21,972 bases of DNA, taken from positions 1-21,972 of the forward strand of contig JBQTJP010000151.1 in assembly GCA_052386995.1 (NCBI GenBank), read 5' to 3'. Each line of letters opens with the position of its first letter. Position 1 is the stretch's first letter. The notes under the pieces were generated by a model. The model saw only the letters and a program-made list of their open reading frames with translations. It had not been told where the DNA came from and made no database searches. Source of the stretch: Armatimonadota bacterium. Its GTDB lineage: Bacteria; Sysuimicrobiota; Sysuimicrobiia; Sysuimicrobiales; Humicultoraceae. Below are positions 8,066 to 17,235 of this stretch, in pieces. A program made the position numbers and the translations under genes.

Positions 8066-8149
8066 CCCTTCTGTGAATCGCCCGAGGGCAGAGGACAGCA
8101 CGCACACCGTCGCGTAGTAGTCTGACGATTTACCAGAGCGGAGGAGACC

Positions 8150-8851
8150 ATGCAGTCCATCGCGATGATCACGGTGGGGCAGGCCCCACGCGACGATCTC
8201 GTCCCTCATATGGAGGCGGTGTTCAGCCGGAAGGTCGACATCTGGCAGGCGGGTGTCCTCGACGGGCTGAGCGGCGAAGCCGTAGCCGATTTGTGGCCTG
8301 ACCCGGGCGAGGTCGGCATTGTCGCGAGGCTGCTCGACGGCTCCCACACGCTCCTCTCACACACGAAAATCCTGCCGCGCGTGCAGGGATTGGTGGATCG
8401 GGCGGTGGCCCGTGGTGCCAGCCCGATCATCATTCTCTGCGGCGCCGACTGGTCGACCCTCCGCTCTCCGACTCTCATCGTCAACCCCGGCAAGGTCTTT
8501 CCCGCGATCGTCTCGGCACTGGCATCCGGGTGGAGACTCGGCGTAATCAAGCCGTCGGCGGGGCAGATCGAGCAGGCGCGACGGCAGTTCGCCGAACGCG
8601 GCATCAACGCCGTCGTGACGGCGGCTTCGCCCTACACCGGCGAGCAGCGCATCCGCGACGTGCGAACCGCGGCCGGACAGCTTCGAGAGGCCGGCGTGGA
8701 CCTGGTCTGGATGTCGTGCGTGGGCATGGACGAGGCGATGCGCGCGATTGTGCAGGAGGTCACGGGCAAGCCGGTGATCCTGGCGCGCACCATCCTGGCG
8801 CGGGTGATCGACGAGTTTCTGACGGTGCAGCGGGTGTCCGTATCCTCCTGA
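8150..8851 (+). CDS. AroM-family protein (Asp/Glu/hydantoin racemase-like fold)
   Basis: N-terminal ITVGQAPRDD, GVLDGL, RLLDGS, ILCG, ASPY, MSCVG resemble AroM-family motifs; GGAG RBS upstream. Confidence 0.8.
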   Translation: MQSIAMITVGQAPRDDLVPHMEAVFSRKVDIWQAGVLDGLSGEAVADLWPDPGEVGIVARLLDGSHTLLSHTKILPRVQGLVDRAVARGASPIIILCGADWSTLRSPTLIVNPGKVFPAIVSALASGWRLGVIKPSAGQIEQARRQFAERGINAVVTAASPYTGEQRIRDVRTAAGQLREAGVDLVWMSCVGMDEAMRAIVQEVTGKPVILARTILARVIDEFLTVQRVSVSS

Positions 8852-8935
8852 TCCGTCAGTCCGCCCAAGACGACCGCGAGTCTATCCGGGCACCCAGGTA
8901 AGTCCGCCCACGTTCACCGCGAGGTTTTCTGGCCA

Positions 8936-9367
8936 TCATTTGCCCCCCAGCTCGGACGTGCAGTGGGCGCATCGCGTGGCGTTGATCGGAATGCTTATAA
9001 GACAGAAGGGACACTCCCGCGTCGTCGGAGCCGGCGCGGGGCGGACCATGCGGTTCACCTGGCGGATCAGCAGAAAGACCGCGAACGCGACGATGAGGAA
9101 ATTCAGCACCGCGTTGAAGAAGATGCCATAGTTGATCGTGGCCGCGCCGGCCTCCTTGGCCGCCTTGAGCGACGCATACGGCTGACCCGACAGGCTGATG
9201 AACAGGTTGGAGAAGTCAACCTTGGCCAGCAGCAGCCCGATCGGCGGCATGACGATATCGCTCACCAGCGAGGTCACGATCCCTCCAAAAGCGGCGCCGA
9301 TGATGATTCCCACGGCCATGTCCAGGACGTTGCCCCGCATGGCGAACTGTTTGAACTCATTCAGCAT
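8936..9367 (-). CDS. mscL: Large-conductance mechanosensitive channel with C-terminal CxxC...CxxC tail
   Basis: [41 protein letters not shown]...[29 protein letters not shown] upstream of ATG 9367. True gene is only the last 143 aa of the 515-aa ORF. Confidence 0.95.
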   Translation of the reverse strand: MLNEFKQFAMRGNVLDMAVGIIIGAAFGGIVTSLVSDIVMPPIGLLLAKVDFSNLFISLSGQPYASLKAAKEAGAATINYGIFFNAVLNFLIVAFAVFLLIRQVNRMVRPAPAPTTRECPFCLISIPINATRCAHCTSELGGK

Positions 9368-9589
9368 CGCAGAAAACACCTCCCGAGGCGGAAAACGATC
9401 TGACGGCGTGCGTTCCGTGATGGAAGTGACGTGATTCGCGGCGACATTTCGAAGGACCTTCCACGGCTCGTATGCGCCGGAGGAATACAGGATTCGAGCG
9501 TGCAACCGCGTAGTCAGGTCACGATCCGACTCCGGTTGCCTATCCTTGTCGAAGGATTGCGCAGAAGCCCACCAGCGGGAGGTGGCGCG

Positions 9590-11386
9590 ATGGCGATCGC
9601 GCAGAAAGCCGATCTCGAGTCGAAACTTCGCGGCGCCGTCTCCGCCAGGCGCCTGCAGGCGCATCTGAAGAGATTCTCGACGCTTCACCGCGACACCGGC
9701 GGCCCGGACGAACGCGCGGCGGTCGAGTACATCGCCGAGACCTTGCGCGGGCAGGACATCGCCGTTCAGATCCACGAGTTTCGCGGCTTCGTGAGCCTGC
9801 CCGGCGAGGCATCGCTCGATGTGCGCTCGCCGCAGGCGTTCTCCATTCCCTGCCGCCCGCGCTCGTTCGGCGCGAACACGCCGCCCGGTGGCCTCGAAGG
9901 AGAGGTCGTCTTTGTCGGCTCGCTCGAGGAAGACCGCAGCAAGATGATTTTCGCGCGCACCGGCGAGGAGAGCGAGTACGAGGGCGTGGACGTTCGCGGC
10001 AAGATCGTTCTCGGCACGGCGGGCGGGCCCGACGGCGTCAAGCGTGCCCACGAGCACGGCGCCATCGCGTACATCCACATGTGGCCGTCGGGCGAAGACG
10101 CCATCCACGAGATGATCGTCACGAGCATCTGGGGCACGCCGACCCCCGAGTCCATCGGGCGGCTCCCCGTGATCCCGGCACTGTCGGTGAAGAAAGCCGA
10201 CGGCGAGCGGGTGCGGCAGATGATGGCGCAGGGGACCGTGCGCGTGGTGATCCATGCGCACGCCGAGACCGGCTGGCGCACGCTGCCCGTAACCGTTGCG
10301 GATATCCCGGGCAAGGAGCCGGAGTTCTTGCTCGTGGGGGCGCACATCGACTCGTGGTACGAGGGGATCACGGACAACGCCACAGGTGACGCGTGCCTGA
10401 TGGAGATGGCGCGGGTGCTGGCCCGTCACCGCGGAAAACTGCGCAGGGGCGTGCGCTTTGCCTGGTGGCCCGGCCACTCGCATGGCCGGTACGCGGGCTC
10501 GACCTGGTACGCCGACTTTGCGTTCGATGACCTGCGCGCTCGGGCGCTGGGCTATCTCAACATCGACTCACCCGGGGTGCGCGACACCACAATCTTCGAC
10601 TGCCGCTACAACATGGGCGAGGTCGAAGAACTCATGAAGCGCACCGTGCCGGAGATCACCGGCCAATCTCCCAACATCCGGCGGCCGTTCAAGGCCGGCG
10701 ACCAGTCCTTTTGGGGCATCGGCTTGCCCTCGCTGGGCGCCTTCCGGATGCTGCCTCTCGACCATCCCGACCGCGCAACCGTGGGCGGCTGTGGGGCGGG
10801 CTGGTGGTGGCACTCGCCGGCCGACACGCTCGACAAGGCCGACGCCAACATCCTGGCTGCCGATACCGGCCTGTACCTGACGATCACCGCGCGCCTGGTG
10901 ATCCCGCCGGTGCTGCCGATGCACTTCGTTCTGGCGGCCGAAGACTTCATGACACTGCTGCGTGAGCTCGACGCTGCCGGCCGGGGTAGGCTGCCGCTTG
11001 CGGACCTCGTCGAGGCTGCCGGACATTTGCGCGGGCGGGCCGCCGCGCTCGAAGACGTGCGCGCGCGGATGGCCAATGGCGGATCCGCGCGGGTAGGCAA
11101 AAGGGCGGCCACGCGCATCGCCCGGCTGAATCGTGGGCTGATGGCGCTTTCCCGCGTGCTCAACCCTCCTCTCTATACTGTCGAGGGGCCCTACGATCAT
11201 GACCCCGCGCTGCAAATACCGATGCTACCGGGCCTTCAGGACGTGCGCCGGCTGGCGGGCCTCGAGCCCGACTCGGATGAGTATGGGTTTCTGCGCGCGC
11301 GCCTGGTGCGCGAGCGCAATCGTGTTTCCGACGCCCTCGCACACGCCACCGAGCACGTGGACACGCTGCTCGCGCAGGTGAGTTGA
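9590..11386 (+). CDS. M28-family metallopeptidase-like protein with PA domain
   Basis: GGAGG RBS before ATG 9590; PA-domain '[12 protein letters not shown]'; [32 protein letters not shown] metal-ligand motifs; no signal peptide. Confidence 0.85.
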   Translation: MAIAQKADLESKLRGAVSARRLQAHLKRFSTLHRDTGGPDERAAVEYIAETLRGQDIAVQIHEFRGFVSLPGEASLDVRSPQAFSIPCRPRSFGANTPPGGLEGEVVFVGSLEEDRSKMIFARTGEESEYEGVDVRGKIVLGTAGGPDGVKRAHEHGAIAYIHMWPSGEDAIHEMIVTSIWGTPTPESIGRLPVIPALSVKKADGERVRQMMAQGTVRVVIHAHAETGWRTLPVTVADIPGKEPEFLLVGAHIDSWYEGITDNATGDACLMEMARVLARHRGKLRRGVRFAWWPGHSHGRYAGSTWYADFAFDDLRARALGYLNIDSPGVRDTTIFDCRYNMGEVEELMKRTVPEITGQSPNIRRPFKAGDQSFWGIGLPSLGAFRMLPLDHPDRATVGGCGAGWWWHSPADTLDKADANILAADTGLYLTITARLVIPPVLPMHFVLAAEDFMTLLRELDAAGRGRLPLADLVEAAGHLRGRAAALEDVRARMANGGSARVGKRAATRIARLNRGLMALSRVLNPPLYTVEGPYDHDPALQIPMLPGLQDVRRLAGLEPDSDEYGFLRARLVRERNRVSDALAHATEHVDTLLAQVS

Positions 11387-12495
11387 TCGCCGTGACAACA
11401 TCTGCCATCGCCCGCGCCAGGGCCTGGATCATCGAGCGGCCGACGTCAAACCGGCTGACGACCTCGTACGGCGAAGCGCCGGAGATCCGGCCGCACGTCC
11501 TCGTCGAGATCGCATCGGCTTCCGACGCGGTCGGTCTTGGCGAGGCGTCCCCGCTCCCGGAGTTCACCGGCGAGACCGCGCCCGGCATCCTTGGGGTTTT
11601 GCGGGAGACTTATCTCGATGCGCTCGTGGGGCGCGACGCCACGGGGATCGCCGCGATCATGGCCGACCTGGAACGTCTCACTGCCGGCAACCCGTCGGCC
11701 CTGGCGGCGATCGATCTGGCGCTTCACGATCTGGCCGGCCAGATCCTCGACGTTCCCACGGTCACGTTGATCGGCGGCGCGCGCCGCGACTCCGTGCGCC
11801 TCGCCCGGGCGATCGGCATCGGCCCGATCCCGGAGATCGTGGCGCTGGCGCAGCGCCACGTGGCTGATGGATTCCGGACGATCAAGATGAAGGTCGGGAC
11901 CGATCCCCGACAAGATATCGAGCGTGCCCGTGCCGTGCGCGAGGCGGTCGGTCCAGGGACGCGCATCAGGATCGATGCCAACCAGGGGTATGATGCCCCA
12001 ACGGCGATCCGGGTGCTCCGAGAACTTGCGGATTGCGCGCTCGACTACATCGAGCAACCGGTGCCGCGACAGGATCTCGCGGGCATGGCGCGCATCCGCC
12101 GCGAGACCGGCATGTCCATTCTGGCGGATGAGGCTCTCCATACGCCGCAGGACGCCCTTGCGCTGATCCGGGCCGAAGCCGCGGACCTGTTCGCGCTCAA
12201 GTTCATCAAGACCGGAGGCCTGGTCCGCGCGCGTCAGATCGCGGCCATCGGGGAAGCCGCCGGAATCGACTGCGTCGTCATCAGCGCCTTCGAGACGCAG
12301 ATCGGCGCCGCGGCGGGGCTGCACCTCGCGCTCAGCCTTCCGATCGGCCGCCACGCGCACGAGCTCTCGGTGTTCGCCACGCAGCCCGACATGGCCCGCA
12401 CCGGGATCCGGCTCGAAGGGGACGTCCTTCTTCCGGCGCCGAGCCCCGGCCACGGCGTCGAGAGCATCGCCGAGATGGCGCAGACCGTCCGATGA
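11383..12495 (+). CDS. Enolase-superfamily enzyme, muconate lactonizing enzyme / racemase-epimerase subgroup
   Basis: GLGEA, AAIDLALHDL, KMKVG (KxK), IDANQ, IEQP, LADEA metal ligands, LKFIKTGG. Start is TTG 11383 (overlapping upstream stop) or GTG 11392. Confidence 0.88.
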   Translation: MIAVTTSAIARARAWIIERPTSNRLTTSYGEAPEIRPHVLVEIASASDAVGLGEASPLPEFTGETAPGILGVLRETYLDALVGRDATGIAAIMADLERLTAGNPSALAAIDLALHDLAGQILDVPTVTLIGGARRDSVRLARAIGIGPIPEIVALAQRHVADGFRTIKMKVGTDPRQDIERARAVREAVGPGTRIRIDANQGYDAPTAIRVLRELADCALDYIEQPVPRQDLAGMARIRRETGMSILADEALHTPQDALALIRAEAADLFALKFIKTGGLVRARQIAAIGEAAGIDCVVISAFETQIGAAAGLHLALSLPIGRHAHELSVFATQPDMARTGIRLEGDVLLPAPSPGHGVESIAEMAQTVR

Positions 12496-13439
12496 GCCGT
12501 TACATCGCCGGACGCCTCGCGCAGGGCGTGATCCTGCTCTTCCTGGTCAGCACGGCAATCTTCGCCATCATCCACAAGACACCCGGCGGCCCGGCCTTGC
12601 TCAACAATCCGGATGTCGATCCCGCGGTGGCCAGGGAATATCGCCAGGCCCTGGGGCTGGACGATCCGATCCCGGTCCAGTACGCGCGCTGGCTCGGGAA
12701 CCTGCTGCGGGGGAACCTCGGCAAGTCCTACCAGCACAGTCTGCCCACCACGCGCCTTATCGCCGACCGCATTCCCAACACCTTGCTGCTGTCGGGAACC
12801 GCGCTGCTGCTGGCCGTGGCCGTCGCGATCCCTCTGGGCGTGATCTCCTCCGTGTATCGCTACTCCGCCGCGGACTACGCGGCAACGATCGCGGCATTCT
12901 TTGGCGTGTCCATCCCGATCTTCTGGCTGGGCATCCTCCTCATCATCGTTTTCTCGGTCGGGCTCGGTTGGCTGCCGTCGGCGGGAATGGTCACCGTTGG
13001 AGCACCATTCTCCACCGGCGACTTGTTGCGCCACCTCATCATGCCCGCCATCGTGCTCTCGACCTTCCCGCTGGCGCAGCTCACGCGCTATACGCGGTCC
13101 AGCATGGTCGAGGTGCTCGGTCAGGATTACATCAGGACGGCGCGCAGCAAGGGACTCGCCGAGGTGATGGTGCTGACACGCCACGCGCTGCGCAATGCGC
13201 TGGTCCCGGTCGTCACCGTTCTGGGGGTGCTCATCCCGCGGCTCTTGAGCGGCGCGGTGATCACCGAAGCCATTTTTGCCTGGCCGGGATTGGGGCGTCT
13301 GGCGGTCGACTCGGCCATCCAGCGCGACTATCCGGTGATCATGGGCGTCACGCTATTGGTCTCGGGGATGGTCATCATCAGCACCCTCATCACCGATCTC
13401 GTCTATGTCGCGCTCGATCCGCGCATCGCGCTGCGGTGA
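12492..13439 (+). CDS. Peptide/nickel ABC transporter permease (DppB/OppB-like)
   Basis: PGGP, LGLDDP..VQY..WL..LLRGNLGKS, EAA loop QDYIRTARSKGL, HALRNA, ITEAIFAWPGLG, QRDYP; ATGA overlap with upstream gene. Confidence 0.95.
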   Translation: MSRYIAGRLAQGVILLFLVSTAIFAIIHKTPGGPALLNNPDVDPAVAREYRQALGLDDPIPVQYARWLGNLLRGNLGKSYQHSLPTTRLIADRIPNTLLLSGTALLLAVAVAIPLGVISSVYRYSAADYAATIAAFFGVSIPIFWLGILLIIVFSVGLGWLPSAGMVTVGAPFSTGDLLRHLIMPAIVLSTFPLAQLTRYTRSSMVEVLGQDYIRTARSKGLAEVMVLTRHALRNALVPVVTVLGVLIPRLLSGAVITEAIFAWPGLGRLAVDSAIQRDYPVIMGVTLLVSGMVIISTLITDLVYVALDPRIALR

Positions 13440-13454
13440 CCGGAGGCGACGGTG

Positions 13455-14351
13455 ATGGCCCAGCGTGCCGTGCTGAGCCCCACGCTTCCCGTGGCGCGTC
13501 CTGCGCAACGGCGAGGACCAGGGTATCTGTGGCGACGGTTCCGCCGCAACCGCCTGGCGCTGGCCGCGCTACTCTATCTGCTCGGTATCCATGTGGTCGC
13601 GGCCGCGGCGCCGTCCCTGGCGCCGCACCCGCCCGAGGCCATCGATCTCCTCAACCAGTTTGCGCCGCGCTCCCGCGACCATCCGCTTGGCACCGATGAG
13701 AACGGCCGGGATATCGTCTCGCGCCTCATCTTCGGCGCCCGGGCGTCGCTCGCCGTAGCGCTCGCGGCGATGGTCGTCGCCATGACCGTGGGGAGCACGC
13801 TCGGCGCGGTCAGCGGATTCTATGGCGGCGCCGTCGACGCCGTCGTGATGCGGCTGGCCGACGGCGTCCTGACGGTTCCTACCTTCTTCCTCGCCCTGCT
13901 CGTGCTCGCAGTCTTTGGCTCCAATATCGCCAACGTGGTGCTCGTCATCGGCTTCACCGGATGGATGGTCGTGGCCCGAGTGGTGCGGGCGGAGGTGCTG
14001 CGGACGCTGCCGCAAGAGTTTGTGCAGGCCTCCCGGGCGATCGGGGCGAGCGACCCGCGCATCCTCTTCAGGCACGTCATCCCCCAGGCCTTGCCGTCGA
14101 TGATCGTCGCGGCTACGCTGGGAGTGGCCTATGCGGTGCTCACCGAATCAGCGCTGAGCTATCTCGGACTGGGCGTGCAGCCGCCGACACCCACGTGGGG
14201 CAACATGCTGACCGGCGCGCAGCACTACGTGTGGACCACGCCCGTCCTGGCGATCTATCCCGGCGCGCTGATCATGCTGACCGTGCTCTCGTACAACGCC
14301 CTCGGTGATGCCGCGCGCGATACCTTTGATCCCAGGCACGCGGGTTCGTAA
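13455..14351 (+). CDS. Peptide/nickel ABC transporter permease (DppC/OppC-like)
   Basis: HPLGTDENGRD, GARASL, EFVQASRAIGA, ESALSYLGLGVQPPTPTWGNML; GGAGG RBS; start GTG 13452 or ATG 13455. Confidence 0.95.
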   Translation: MAQRAVLSPTLPVARPAQRRGPGYLWRRFRRNRLALAALLYLLGIHVVAAAAPSLAPHPPEAIDLLNQFAPRSRDHPLGTDENGRDIVSRLIFGARASLAVALAAMVVAMTVGSTLGAVSGFYGGAVDAVVMRLADGVLTVPTFFLALLVLAVFGSNIANVVLVIGFTGWMVVARVVRAEVLRTLPQEFVQASRAIGASDPRILFRHVIPQALPSMIVAATLGVAYAVLTESALSYLGLGVQPPTPTWGNMLTGAQHYVWTTPVLAIYPGALIMLTVLSYNALGDAARDTFDPRHAGS

Positions 14352-14396
14352 CGAAGAAACAGGATATTCGACAGTCTGCCCGAGGAGGAACCGCAG

Positions 14397-15962
14397 ATGA
14401 GACGAACACTGGCAGTCCTGCTCGCAGTCGCAACAGCCGCGGCGCTGGGCGCAGTCCCGGCGGCGCAGGCGCAGGCGCCGCCCGGGATCCTGCGGATCGC
14501 GATCATCGGCGACGTGACGCTGAACCCGTTCACGATGCCGCAGCAGCTGCCCACGACGATGGTCGCGAAGGTCGTCTTCAGCACGCTCACCCGGTACCGG
14601 CCGGGCAACCTGCAGCCGGTCGGCGACCTCGCCACCTCCTGGATCCCCGCCGATGACGGGCGCGTGTGGGTATTCAAACTCAAGCGCGGGGTGAAATGGC
14701 ACGACGGCAGGCCCTTCACCGCCGCGGACGTCAAGTTCACCTATGAGAACATCGTGAATCCGCGGGTGCGGGCGCTGTTCCGCAGCACACTCCGGGGGCT
14801 GCGCCAGGTCGACGCCATCGACGATTACACGGTCCGCATGGAATTCGCCGACCCCTATCCCTCCCTACCGATCGTGCTGGCCTGGAACGTGCCGATCGCG
14901 CCCAGGCATCTCCTGGAGGGCAAGGACCTGAACGACCTGAGCGACTTTGCCCAGAATCCGATCGGCACCGGTCCGTTCAGGTTCAAAGAGGCCGTCAAAG
15001 GCGCGCACATCACGGTCGAAGCCAACCCCGACTACCACGGCGGGGCGCCCAAACTCAAGACCATCGTCTTCAAGGTCCTCCCCGAGATCAACACGGTGGT
15101 CGCCCAGCTCCGCACCGGAGAGCTGGATCTCGCCGTCGTCGAGTCGCTGCACAAGCAGGCCCTGGGCGGTGCGACGCACCTCGGGTTTAAGGTCCTCGAG
15201 CTGCCGAGCGCCTTCTACATCGCGTTGAACAACACGAAGTTTCCGTTCAACGAGCGCCTGGTGCGCCAGGCCGTGATGCTTGGGCTCAACCGCGAGCTGA
15301 TGGTGCAGCGCATCTTGAGGAACGATGCGCCGCTGGCCACCGGCGCGTATGCGAAGTCGTTCGGCCCCTTCTACAACCCAAGCCTCAAGCCATATCCGTT
15401 CGACGCGAGCCGCGCGAAGCAGCTGCTCTCCGAGGCGGGGTATCGTCCGGGTCCTGATGGCGTGCTGGCGAAGGACGGCAGGCGCCTGGCCTTTGAGCTC
15501 ATGGTGGATCGGGGCAACCCCGTCCGCGAGCAGATCGCGCTGTTCACGCAGCAGTCCTGGAAGCAGTTGGGCGCCGACGTGAAACTGACGGCGGAGGAGT
15601 GGTCGGTGTACATCCGCAGGGGCAACTCCCTGCCGGGGGATTACGAGGCGCGCACCGCCTGGCGGATCACCCCGCCCGATCCCGACAAGACCGCCGAGTA
15701 CACGACGGGGGGCGTCAACAACCATTACGGGTACTCCAATCCCGAAGTGGACCGCATGATGGCGGCCGCCCGGCAGACCATCGACAAGCAGAAGCGAGTC
15801 GGCCTGTACCACAAGATCCAGGAGCTCATCCATCAGGACGTCCCCGTGCTGTGGATCAACTACCAGACCGAGATTCTGGCCGTCAGCAGGCGTGTGCAGG
15901 GGTATCCGGAACTCGGTATCAGGGACGCCCTGCAGTGGATGCATCTGCTCTCGATTGAGTAG
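14397..15962 (+). CDS. ABC transporter substrate-binding protein, family 5 (DppA/OppA-like)
   Basis: Signal peptide ending AQAQA with no lipobox Cys; LATSW, FKLKRGVKWHDGRPFTAADVKFT, PIGTGPF, VRQA, YSNPEVD; GAGGAGG RBS. Confidence 0.95.
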   Translation: MRRTLAVLLAVATAAALGAVPAAQAQAPPGILRIAIIGDVTLNPFTMPQQLPTTMVAKVVFSTLTRYRPGNLQPVGDLATSWIPADDGRVWVFKLKRGVKWHDGRPFTAADVKFTYENIVNPRVRALFRSTLRGLRQVDAIDDYTVRMEFADPYPSLPIVLAWNVPIAPRHLLEGKDLNDLSDFAQNPIGTGPFRFKEAVKGAHITVEANPDYHGGAPKLKTIVFKVLPEINTVVAQLRTGELDLAVVESLHKQALGGATHLGFKVLELPSAFYIALNNTKFPFNERLVRQAVMLGLNRELMVQRILRNDAPLATGAYAKSFGPFYNPSLKPYPFDASRAKQLLSEAGYRPGPDGVLAKDGRRLAFELMVDRGNPVREQIALFTQQSWKQLGADVKLTAEEWSVYIRRGNSLPGDYEARTAWRITPPDPDKTAEYTTGGVNNHYGYSNPEVDRMMAAARQTIDKQKRVGLYHKIQELIHQDVPVLWINYQTEILAVSRRVQGYPELGIRDALQWMHLLSIE

Positions 15963-15965
15963 GAG

Positions 15966-17228
15966 GTGCTCGCGCCTCCGCGATTCGCGCTGACCGGCGC
16001 CCGCCTGCTCGACGGGGCGGGCGCCGACCTGTCCGGGGTCACGATCCTCGTCGAGGACGGCCGCATCGTCGCCGCCGAACCAAGGGTGGCCGTCCCTTCA
16101 GACTATCCGGTGCGCTTCGACATGGAAGGCCGGACGGTCATGCCCGGCCTCATCGACGTCCACACGCACTTGATCGGCGGCGAACCTCTTCCCCTCGGCG
16201 ACTACGCGGTGTCACGGCGCCTGAGCGAGCCGGAGGGAATGCACGCGTTTCGAAGCGTCGAAGCCGCGAGGCGGACGCTGCTGGCCGGTATCACGACCGT
16301 GCGGGTCGTCGGCTGCCGCGACTACCTCGACGTGCACCTTCGTGACGCGGTGCGCGACGGACTGGTCATCGGCCCGCGCATCGTGGCCTCCGGGCTCGGG
16401 ATCACTCCTACCGGCGGGCACGTCCACTGGCGCTGCCGGAACGCCAACGGCGAGGACGAGGTGCGGCTGGCGGTGCGCGAGCATGTGGCCCGCGGGGTCG
16501 ACTGGATCAAGGTCATGGGCGTGACCGGCGGCCTAGCCTCGCCGGGTCAGGATCCCCGCCTGCCCCAATATCGCTTCGAGGAGGTCCACGCCGCCGTGGA
16601 CGAAGCGCACCGGTGGGGTCGCCATGCCGCGGCGCACGCCCACGCGCGGGCAGGCATGGAGATCGCGGTCCGCGCCGGCATCGATACCCTGGAGCACGGC
16701 TCCTTTCTCGATGACGAACTGGCAGGGCGCATGGCGCAGCAGGGCACCTGGTTGGTGCCCACGCTCGCGGTGAACTACTTCCTTGATCCGGCCCGCTCGG
16801 GCGGATCGCTCCCGCCGGCGCAGGTGGCCCGGATGCGCGAACTGGAGGCGATGGGGTTTGTCGTGCCCTCCTACCAGGAGCGCATGCGCCTCGCCCGCAA
16901 GCACGGCGTGCCCGTCGCCACCGGCACCGACGCCGGAGGAAACGCGCTGTTCCGACACGGGTCTGTGGGGATCGAGATGCTCATGCTGGGCGAGTGCGGG
17001 TACTCAGCGCACGAGGCCATCCAGGCGGCTACGGGGCAGGCAGCGCGCTCGCTGCGACTGGAGAGCGTCACCGGCCTTGTGCGCAAGGGACTGCAGGCCG
17101 ACCTGCTCGTGGTGGGCGCCGATCCGCTGCAAGATCTGCGCGCGCTGGCCCCCGGCGAACGCGCACGCATCGACGGCATCATCGCTGGCGGGCGGTTTGC
17201 GCGCTGGGACGGCAGCGACCTCATCTAG
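15966..17228 (+). CDS. Metal-dependent amidohydrolase (Xaa-Pro dipeptidase/carboxypeptidase-like subgroup)
   Basis: MPGLIDVHTH (HxH), GITTVR, TGGH, WIKV (carboxylatable Lys), AAHAH, LEHG, GTDAG, ADLLV. Start codon uncertain (GTG 15966). Confidence 0.88.
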   Translation: MLAPPRFALTGARLLDGAGADLSGVTILVEDGRIVAAEPRVAVPSDYPVRFDMEGRTVMPGLIDVHTHLIGGEPLPLGDYAVSRRLSEPEGMHAFRSVEAARRTLLAGITTVRVVGCRDYLDVHLRDAVRDGLVIGPRIVASGLGITPTGGHVHWRCRNANGEDEVRLAVREHVARGVDWIKVMGVTGGLASPGQDPRLPQYRFEEVHAAVDEAHRWGRHAAAHAHARAGMEIAVRAGIDTLEHGSFLDDELAGRMAQQGTWLVPTLAVNYFLDPARSGGSLPPAQVARMRELEAMGFVVPSYQERMRLARKHGVPVATGTDAGGNALFRHGSVGIEMLMLGECGYSAHEAIQAATGQAARSLRLESVTGLVRKGLQADLLVVGADPLQDLRALAPGERARIDGIIAGGRFARWDGSDLI

Positions 17229-17235
17229 GCTGCCC

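Noticed and set aside
9368..10483. 515-aa minus-strand ORF suggesting a long MscL fusion
   Set aside because: The upstream part is antisense to the M28 gene; mscL has its own RBS and canonical N-terminus at 9367.
621..15944. Long antisense ORFs (e.g. 621..1424, 4230..5159, 5988..7313, 11446..12453, 14865..15944)
   Set aside because: Shadow ORFs opposite well-supported genes, expected in high-GC DNA; no recognisable motifs.
16783..17235. 494-aa ORF suggesting an N-terminally extended LLM protein
   Set aside because: The extension is an alternate frame of the amidohydrolase gene with non-protein-like composition; the LLM domain begins at ATG 17236.
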